15,125 nucleotides of DNA from Candidatus Sigynarchaeum calidifontis (GTDB lineage Archaea; Asgardarchaeota; Lokiarchaeia; Sigyniarchaeales; Sigyniarchaeaceae), in contig JAUQYZ020000249.1 in the NCBI GenBank assembly GCA_030587475.2, positions 1 through 15,125 of the forward strand, in the 5' to 3' direction. Made by a program: the position numbers and the translations under genes. The notes under the pieces were generated by a model. That model worked only from the letters and a program-made list of their open reading frames with translations, was not told the origin of the DNA and did not search any database. Numbering within the stretch: position 1 is the stretch's first letter; every line of letters begins with the position of its first letter. Below are positions 8,455 through 15,125 of this stretch, in pieces.

Positions 8455-9894
8455 ATGGCAACCTTTCAACTTTCCGTGGCATACAACTGGGATCCGCGCC
8501 TCTTGGAAGAGGTCGTGAAAAACAAGTACCCCGTCAAGGATTTCTTCGCATCCGCGCAGCACACGGCCGTGGGGGGCGGCAGGCCCTCGTCGATCTTGCC
8601 GGAAACGAACGAGAAGATGATGAAACAGCAGATCAAGAAAATGCACGATAGCGGGATCGAGTTCTACTATACCATCAATGCACCATGCATGGCAGGCCAG
8701 GAATTCGTCCGCGAGACTCACGAGAAGATGTTGAAAGAGTTCGAGTGGATCCAGCTTATTGGCGCGGACGGTGTCGTGTTAGCGATCCCGTATCTCATCG
8801 AGCTCGTGAAGGAACAGTTCCCGAGGCTCAAGATCCGCGTTTCGACCGTGGCGAAGGTGAACACGGTCAACAAGGCCAAGTATTTTGAAGTACTCGGTGC
8901 TTCCAGCATCACTCCCGACGTGATGATCAACCGGAACTTCAAGGTGCTCGAAAAAATGGCAAAGGGAACGACTTGCGCGATCGACTTGATCGTCACGGAC
9001 GGCTGCTTGTTCGAGTGCCCGTTCAGGCTGTACCATTACACGCTCACGGGTCACGCGTCCCAATCTTACAGCAACCGGGAAGCTTACATCGACTATCCCA
9101 TACTCCGCTGCAATATCGAAAAATTCACGCACCCGGCAGAAGCCATGAAGTGCCGGTGGGTTCGTCCCGAGGATTTACGGCATTACGAGGCTGTCGGGAT
9201 CCATCAATTCAAGATCGGCGGCCGGCGGCTCACGACCGACATGATCCTCCGCTCCGTGAGGGCATATTCCGAACAAACATATAAAGGCAACCTCACGGAC
9301 ATCATCGAAGGTTTTAGCTTCGAGTACGGAGGTATCAAGGAGGATCCAAACAAAAAAATGGGGATGGTAAATGCCGGTGTAAATAATCCAGAGAACAAGG
9401 CTATATTAGTCATCGATAACACGAAGCTCGATGGATTCATCGATTTCTTCAAGAAACAAGATTGCGCGGCCAATTGCAATGAATGTACCTATTGTGAAAA
9501 CTGGGCGAAAAAAGCGATCACGGTAGACAAGGAAGGCGTGGAAATATTCTTGAGTTCTGTGCACGCATTCCATGATGATCTCATAACCAGCAGGGAATTC
9601 GGCCTCGGGAAAACGGAGTCACGCGAAGGCATGAAAAAAAAGAAGGATGGTATCGATTGGGATCCGCTCGCGAGAAAGAATTTCGACGAGATAATCAGCA
9701 GATCGCCTCCCGCGACCCGGGGCATGGCCCGCATGGTCATCGGTTCCCTTGCCGAGAAAAACGCGAAAAAACGAGGGGCCAGGAAGGTCGAGAACGATGA
9801 TGTTTCGATGGCATTCCTCACGGGCGTGCCGGGCCCCTTCCAGAAGGGCTTGAAGAGGGATTTGAAAGAACTCGGCATGAAGTACGAACTATAA
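8455..9894 (+). CDS. U32 'peptidase' family Fe-S protein with C-terminal Cys cluster and helical PCP_red/DUF2621-like tail
   Basis: GGGR, YYTINAPC, GADGVV, VSTVA, GCLFECPFR...RC, WVRPEDL and FKIGGR are U32-type motifs. A CAANCNECTYC cluster follows. Alternative GTG start at 8446. Confidence 0.88.
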   Translation: MATFQLSVAYNWDPRLLEEVVKNKYPVKDFFASAQHTAVGGGRPSSILPETNEKMMKQQIKKMHDSGIEFYYTINAPCMAGQEFVRETHEKMLKEFEWIQLIGADGVVLAIPYLIELVKEQFPRLKIRVSTVAKVNTVNKAKYFEVLGASSITPDVMINRNFKVLEKMAKGTTCAIDLIVTDGCLFECPFRLYHYTLTGHASQSYSNREAYIDYPILRCNIEKFTHPAEAMKCRWVRPEDLRHYEAVGIHQFKIGGRRLTTDMILRSVRAYSEQTYKGNLTDIIEGFSFEYGGIKEDPNKKMGMVNAGVNNPENKAILVIDNTKLDGFIDFFKKQDCAANCNECTYCENWAKKAITVDKEGVEIFLSSVHAFHDDLITSREFGLGKTESREGMKKKKDGIDWDPLARKNFDEIISRSPPATRGMARMVIGSLAEKNAKKRGARKVENDDVSMAFLTGVPGPFQKGLKRDLKELGMKYEL

Positions 9895-9914
9895 TCGACC
9901 CACTATTCCCAAAC

Positions 9915-9930
9915 TCTTAATTTCTTTTTG
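9915..9930 (+). terminator. Possible archaeal oligo-T terminator after the U32 gene
   Basis: TCTTAATTTCTTTTTG, about 20-35 nt after the stop. Confidence 0.3.
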
Positions 9931-9982
9931 AACGAATAACCTTCATTCGATACTCTTGTTGAACGAATGGGGCGATAACACC

Positions 9983-12850
9983 ATGCAAACTCGGAAATCA
10001 AGCGTTATGCTCGATGATGCTTGCTCGGGGCCCGTGGAAAGGATCGTGTCGCTATTGCAAACAGACATGGAAACCGGTTTGTCATCGAGCGAAGCAGCAG
10101 CTCGATATGCAGCTCTGGGGCCGAACGCAATACCAGAAGCAAAGATATCCCCGTGGAAGCTATACATCGCTCCTTTTATCGAGAACTGGCTCGTCATCAT
10201 CTACTTGATCGCGGGCATGTTACTCTTTGTGCTCAGCCTCGCTATAAACAAGATAGATTTCTCGGCGTTCACGTTCATTTTCGTCATTATCAATGCAATC
10301 CTCGCGATATTCCAGCAAGTCCGGGCACACAAGGCTTTGAAAGCACTTCGCCAACTCACGAGGGACAAATGCACGGTCATCCGGGATGGCCAGAAGGTCG
10401 AGATAGATGCGACCCAGATCGTCAAAGGGGACATCTTGAGCCTGCAAGAGGGCGACAAGATCGCAGCGGACGCGAGGCTATTTTTCGCCAACAGCTTGTT
10501 CATCAACGAGGCTTCGCTCACGGGCGAGAGCATTCCCGTCGAAAAGGATCCTGCGCCCTTGGATAATGCCGTTGCGGGCATCTCGGGCATGAAAAACATC
10601 GTGTTCATGGGTTCCTATGTCACGAAAGGCAATGGCAAGGCAATAGTGTTTGCAACTGGGCTGCAAACGGAGATGGGAAAGGTAGCGGGCGAACTGAGCA
10701 CGGCCAGCGATCAAGAAATCCCGTTGATCAAGAAAATTAATAAATTTGCCAAGTACCTCGGCATCCTCGTGTGTGTCATGTTCGCGGTCATTTGCACCTA
10801 TAACATCGCAAGGAATATCGTAGATCCATTTGGATCTCCCTTGGAAGTGCTGCGAGATTCAATAATTCGGGCAGTGCAATTTATGCCGATCAACATCATC
10901 TTGCTCGTGACCGTCATCTTATATACCGGCGTGCTCGCCCTGGCCAAGAAGGGTGTCATCGTGAGAAAACTTAGCGCGACAGAAGCGCTCGGGCGGATAT
11001 CGATCCTCTGCACGGACAAGACAGGAACCCTCACGCAAAACGAGATGACCGTGAAACATGTCTTCGTGGATGGGAAAATCTATGATATAACAGGCAGCGG
11101 GTATGTGCCCGAGGGGGAGATAATGATCGCGGGCAAGCCCTTGGGAAAAGATGCCTCTCCAGCCTTGCTTGCCTTGATGACAAGCGGGATGCTGAACGGG
11201 AACGTGGACCTGGTCGATGAGTCCAGAAAGGTAGCAGGCGGGCGCAAGAAGGTAAAGGTTACCCGCAAGGTGATTGGAGATCCCTTGGAGGCTGCCCTAC
11301 AAGTCCTGGCGGAAAAAGCAAGGATGGACAAGAAACAACTGCTTTCCCAGCTGGCACGCATCCGGGAGTTCCCGTTCGATTCTGACTTGAAACGGATGAC
11401 CACGGTCTACGCCATGGAAGGCAAAGACGTCAAGCCAAAGTGGAAAATATTCTCGAAAGGTGCCACGGAAATTATCCTCAAGTTATCTAGCATGATCGCA
11501 ACTGACGGCGGTTCTGTCCCGCTATCAGCACAACAACGCGACGAGATCATCTCGATCATGGAAACGTGGGCTGAAAAGGGATACCGCACACTCGGCATCG
11601 CATCGAGGGAGCTAGAAGGATTCAATGACGTGGCAAAGCTCGCGCGCGATGAAATCGAAAAGGATCTCGTGTTCCTTGGCTTCGTGATGATCACGGATCC
11701 GTTGCGGATTGGCGTTAAAAAAGCCGTAGAATCATGCGCGTCGGCCGGCATCAAGGTCATCATGGTGACTGGTGATCACCCACGAACCGCAAAGGCGATC
11801 GGCGCAGAACTCGGGATCTGGAAGGAAGGCGACAAGATAGTCGAAGGAAGCGAGATCAAGAATATCGAGAGCAAGGATATCGGTGACGTGTCGATCTACG
11901 CCCGTGTTGATCCTCGCGACAAGGATATCATCGTGCGACGGTACCAGGATCGTGGAACTGCCAACCGGGTGGTGGCCATGACCGGCGACGGCGTGAACGA
12001 CGCGCTCGCGCTCGGCATGGCAGATGTCGGTATCGCCATGGGAATCAGTGGCACTGCCATCGCCAAGGAGGCTGCAGACATGATCATCACGGACGACTCG
12101 TTCAACACGATCGAGCTCGGCATCAGGGAAGGGCGCGCGCTCTTTGCGAAAATCCGCACGATCATCTATTTTTTCATATATACCAACCTGATCGAGGCAT
12201 CTTTCCTTTTCTTGACTTCTTTCATTCCGGGTTTCGCGCTTCTTACGGCCATGCAAGTATACATGATAGTCGGCATGTCTCACGCGGTTCCACCCATGGG
12301 CCTCACGTTTGACAGAACTGCTTACGAGATAATGCAGGAACGACCGCGGAACGAGGAGGAAATATTCAACAAGAACACGCTATTACTCATGATCGTGCAC
12401 ATGGGCCTGCTCGTTGTTGGATTTCTCATTTCGTTGGGTTTAGTCTATCCGGCATACGCTGAGATCCATCAACGTCTCATTGACGGGATTATCGATGAAG
12501 AAGAATTTTCGGCGATGATGACGTATTCAGCACTTATCAACAAGCCACGCTCGGTTGCACTGGCGATCATCATGTCGATCGAGATCTTCACGATATTCTC
12601 GATCCGAAGGCCGAACCTCCCCGTCTGGAAAAGTTTCCGGCGCGATCTGGGACCGATCTTGTTGATGTTCACCGTTTTTGCTTATAGCAACTTCGTTGCA
12701 GCATATTACATCCCCTTCTTGGCATTCATATTCAATCTGGAGGTGTTAGGAGCGGGGGATTGGGCTCTGGCCATTATAATTGGCTTTGGTGCAGTCTTAG
12801 GGCTCGAGACCGCGAAGTGGCTCATCCGGAAGTACCGGGGCCCGTTTTAA
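9983..12850 (+). CDS. P-type ATPase, P2-like scaffold with atypical transport-site residues
   Basis: LTGES, phosphorylation motif DKTGT (11015), KGATE, MVTGD, MTGDGVNDA and about 10 hydrophobic helices. ATG 9983 is preferred over TTG 9956. Confidence 0.95.
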   Translation: MQTRKSSVMLDDACSGPVERIVSLLQTDMETGLSSSEAAARYAALGPNAIPEAKISPWKLYIAPFIENWLVIIYLIAGMLLFVLSLAINKIDFSAFTFIFVIINAILAIFQQVRAHKALKALRQLTRDKCTVIRDGQKVEIDATQIVKGDILSLQEGDKIAADARLFFANSLFINEASLTGESIPVEKDPAPLDNAVAGISGMKNIVFMGSYVTKGNGKAIVFATGLQTEMGKVAGELSTASDQEIPLIKKINKFAKYLGILVCVMFAVICTYNIARNIVDPFGSPLEVLRDSIIRAVQFMPINIILLVTVILYTGVLALAKKGVIVRKLSATEALGRISILCTDKTGTLTQNEMTVKHVFVDGKIYDITGSGYVPEGEIMIAGKPLGKDASPALLALMTSGMLNGNVDLVDESRKVAGGRKKVKVTRKVIGDPLEAALQVLAEKARMDKKQLLSQLARIREFPFDSDLKRMTTVYAMEGKDVKPKWKIFSKGATEIILKLSSMIATDGGSVPLSAQQRDEIISIMETWAEKGYRTLGIASRELEGFNDVAKLARDEIEKDLVFLGFVMITDPLRIGVKKAVESCASAGIKVIMVTGDHPRTAKAIGAELGIWKEGDKIVEGSEIKNIESKDIGDVSIYARVDPRDKDIIVRRYQDRGTANRVVAMTGDGVNDALALGMADVGIAMGISGTAIAKEAADMIITDDSFNTIELGIREGRALFAKIRTIIYFFIYTNLIEASFLFLTSFIPGFALLTAMQVYMIVGMSHAVPPMGLTFDRTAYEIMQERPRNEEEIFNKNTLLLMIVHMGLLVVGFLISLGLVYPAYAEIHQRLIDGIIDEEEFSAMMTYSALINKPRSVALAIIMSIEIFTIFSIRRPNLPVWKSFRRDLGPILLMFTVFAYSNFVAAYYIPFLAFIFNLEVLGAGDWALAIIIGFGAVLGLETAKWLIRKYRGPF

Positions 12851-13686
12851 ACCGATGTGGTTTTCCTTCTCCTTTCTTGCATTTTCCGCATGAGCTTCTT
12901 GAAAAGAAATGGTATCTCGAATCTCGCCGTGAACGGGGGTGGATATGCGAGGAACGTCTCGGGTATATCGCGCGCGATGTCTTCCACGAGCCACCGCCGG
13001 ACAGCGAGCGATAACAAGTTCCTGGGCAGGTGGCGGCGAGCGACCGGGTCCCAGAATCCCATCACGGCATCGGGCTCGGGCTCTTGTTTCATAAGCAAGG
13101 GGAAGTTCAAGATGGCCTGGCAGCCGGAGCCGCCAGGGGAGCGAACAAAGAGGTTATCATCGCGGTTGAAATGCAATAAATTGATCATCTTTGCCATGTC
13201 GTCGGGCATAACAAAGAAAAGAACGAACTCGATTTTTTGACTGTCAGGGATCTCCTTCAATCGTTGGAACACGATGTACTTGGTTCCAGCCGGGCGCTTG
13301 ACCGGGCCGGGATACTTGATGACGTGGGCTCCCCTTGCGGGGTTCTTTTTTAAATGCTCGCCGCGGCCACCAAAACAATCCCAACGGCCGCCAGTCGATA
13401 AGAACACCGTGATGCCGCGCGGCGGATACTTCGAAAACCCGGCCCACCACAAGCCACCAGGACAACCATGCCCCTCGGCCACGACGCTGGACTTGCCTTT
13501 CGCAGCGGCAGAGAACGCCATTCGTGGAAGACATCTATTGAATATGTTGGTTCCAAAACGCGCCTTTCCGATCCAGCGTGGTAACGTGTCAGAAAAGTAG
13601 ACGCCCAGGGGCTTGTACTTGAATTTCGCGTACTTGTCGAACAAGGCGGCGATCTCGGCGTTGTTCAAGCCTTTTTTTACAGACAT
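12847..13686 (-). CDS. DUF169 (COG2043-like) family protein
   Basis: PLGVYF, NRCL, GCPGGLWWAGF, SGCQ and MGFWDPVARR match the DUF169 pattern. Confidence 0.8.
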   Translation of the reverse strand: MSVKKGLNNAEIAALFDKYAKFKYKPLGVYFSDTLPRWIGKARFGTNIFNRCLPRMAFSAAAKGKSSVVAEGHGCPGGLWWAGFSKYPPRGITVFLSTGGRWDCFGGRGEHLKKNPARGAHVIKYPGPVKRPAGTKYIVFQRLKEIPDSQKIEFVLFFVMPDDMAKMINLLHFNRDDNLFVRSPGGSGCQAILNFPLLMKQEPEPDAVMGFWDPVARRHLPRNLLSLAVRRWLVEDIARDIPETFLAYPPPFTARFEIPFLFKKLMRKMQERRRKTTSV

Positions 13687-13711
13687 TTTCCTCGTAACTA
13701 ACGAACACGAT

Positions 13712-13719
13712 GATTTAAA
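13712..13719 (-). promoter_or_regulatory. Candidate TATA box for the DUF169 gene (near-leaderless transcript)
   Basis: Minus-strand TTTAAATC ends about 25 nt upstream of the ATG at 13686, the usual archaeal TATA-to-TSS distance. Confidence 0.5.
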
Positions 13720-13763
13720 CTTGGAACCCCAACTTGTGACGGTAAGGGGGCAGAGTAAGAGTG

Positions 13764-13771
13764 TTTTTAAT
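13764..13771 (+). promoter_or_regulatory. Candidate TATA box for the 13840 gene run
   Basis: TTTTTAAT about 70 nt before ATG 13840, similar to the spacing upstream of the paralog at 6477. Confidence 0.35.
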
Positions 13772-13839
13772 CCTAGCCGTTGATTCTAGCAAATAACGAT
13801 TCTATATCATGCCGGCATCAAGAACGCTAGGGAATTCAC

Positions 13840-14595
13840 ATGAAACGTGGCCAAGGAAAATTACAGCGGAAGGGCATCACCTCCTTGTCCATCATCACGA
13901 CGCCGGTGATAATCCTTGCTGGAATCCTTTGTCTCCTCATATCCCAGCAAGCAGGGCCATTAATATACGGAAAAATCGCGTCCGGCAGCTCGTTCTTCAT
14001 CCCGTCCATCCCGGCGATCAATTTATTCTATTTGTTTCCAGAAACCGTCTCCATGATGCCCTTCACACTCGGGAACCTCGTTGACCTGATCATCGATGTC
14101 TACATCGTATTGTCCATCGGGATCATCCCGTATCGATGGCAGAAAATCGCCAGGGAGCCGTGGGTCACCTTCGTGGACTTGCGGAGCCAGGGCTTGTTTG
14201 ACATCACCAACCCTCGATCCGTGTCCTACCCCGCCTCCGGTTCCGAAGCTTCGCAACGCCTGGCAAGGGTGATGGAAAAGGAAGCAATGCCACCGGGTGT
14301 CGCTCTCGCTGGCACGCCCAAGCTCGGGTATCACGAAAAGGCAATGGGCTCGAGAAATCGTGCCTTGCATACAGCGCAGCTTCCAAAGGATCAGCCGGCT
14401 CATAGAAATATAAAAGCGAATAATGGCGTGGTTGTTGCCTTCTTGTTTTTTTGCATATCGACAGGTTCGTTCTATCCTTGTTTGCGCGCATCGGAACCCG
14501 GCGCGCGTGATGTCCATCCTCTCTTTTTTAAGCAAAAATCGAATTATCGATGCTGTATAATCAAGCAACAAAATGAAAGGAAGGAGAAGAAATGA
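13840..14595 (+). CDS. Hypothetical membrane protein, copy B (paralog of 6477-7220)
   Basis: Shares the PL....I..G.S.F.P.IP..NL....PE.....PFT.G.L.D.II.V core at the same offset from Met1. Stop TGA 14593-14595 overlaps the next ATG (ATGA). Confidence 0.75.
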   Translation: MKRGQGKLQRKGITSLSIITTPVIILAGILCLLISQQAGPLIYGKIASGSSFFIPSIPAINLFYLFPETVSMMPFTLGNLVDLIIDVYIVLSIGIIPYRWQKIAREPWVTFVDLRSQGLFDITNPRSVSYPASGSEASQRLARVMEKEAMPPGVALAGTPKLGYHEKAMGSRNRALHTAQLPKDQPAHRNIKANNGVVVAFLFFCISTGSFYPCLRASEPGARDVHPLFFKQKSNYRCCIIKQQNERKEKK

Positions 14596-15125
14596 CACCA
14601 GACATTTTACGGTTTTCGTTCGAAATCGTTTTCCCAATAATATTACTAGTCTTGATCGTTTTGCTATTCCTGACAAGCATCAAGAACAAGCCGCCGAAGG
14701 ACACGGAATACATGTCCACGAAGGAATACATGAAAGAATGGATGCGAAGCCACGGCCAAGCACACGACCTTGACCGGATCGTCGAGGAGATCCAGCAGAA
14801 GGGGAATCCCTTCGGGTCGATATGGACGCCCATCGTCGTGAAGAACGCCAAGATATTCGGCAAGATGGGGCTGACGCCAAACAAGGTCTCGATAATGAGC
14901 GTCCTCCTCACGTTCTTGATCTTTTACCTTGCCATCATTGTCGGGCAACACCAACCAGGTGCAAACCCGATCGAGCGGCTCACGTTCGGGTTGCTCGCGA
15001 TCCCGGCAGCATTGCTCGTGCTCTATGCCGGTATAACGGACGGTGTTGATGGTGCACTCGCGACATTGCAGAAAAAGAAGTCGAAAAGCGGTGCTTGGGC
15101 AGATGGCGTGCTCGATCGCGTCAGC
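14592..15125 (+). CDS. CDP-alcohol phosphatidyltransferase family protein, 3'-truncated by the window (absent from the ORF track)
   Basis: Manual translation gives MTPDILRFSFEIVFPIILLVLIVLLFL...GLTPNKVS...TDGVDGALATLQKKKSKSGAWADGVLDRVS, containing TPN and the DxxDGxxA...GxxxDxxxD signature. AAGGAG lies just upstream of the ATG. Confidence 0.9.
   Translation, partial: MTPDILRFSFEIVFPIILLVLIVLLFLTSIKNKPPKDTEYMSTKEYMKEWMRSHGQAHDLDRIVEEIQQKGNPFGSIWTPIVVKNAKIFGKMGLTPNKVSIMSVLLTFLIFYLAIIVGQHQPGANPIERLTFGLLAIPAALLVLYAGITDGVDGALATLQKKKSKSGAWADGVLDRVS

Noticed and set aside
14023-14676. 217-aa minus-strand ORF
   Set aside because: It is antisense to ORF B (supported by paralogy) and to the phosphatidyltransferase start, and has no domain features.
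14705-14735. Short direct repeat GGAATACATG x2
   Set aside because: It only reflects the coding repeat EYM...EYM and has just two copies.

Overview
Archaeal window. The TFB gene, TATA-like promoters and gene set suggest an Asgard/Lokiarchaeia-like genome (inference). Genes in order: the 3' part of a multi-Cys 4Fe-4S protein with an in-frame TGA at a probable conserved Cys (candidate selenoprotein); a TFIIB/TFB paralog; a minus-strand MoxR AAA+ ATPase, HExxH-VWA protein and 68-aa ORF; an unknown membrane protein (copy A) whose stop overlaps the start of a LuxE-like acyl-protein synthetase; a U32-family Fe-S protein; a P2-like P-type ATPase with remodelled ion-binding residues (PEGL->PINI); a DUF169 protein; and a paralog of the membrane protein (copy B) whose stop overlaps the start of a CDP-alcohol phosphatidyltransferase running off the window end. 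No rRNA, tRNA, CRISPR array or mobile element was seen. Best leads: the UGA/Sec candidate, the P-type ATPase with a flippase-like M4, and the two paralogous leader-like membrane ORFs coupled to lipid-related genes.
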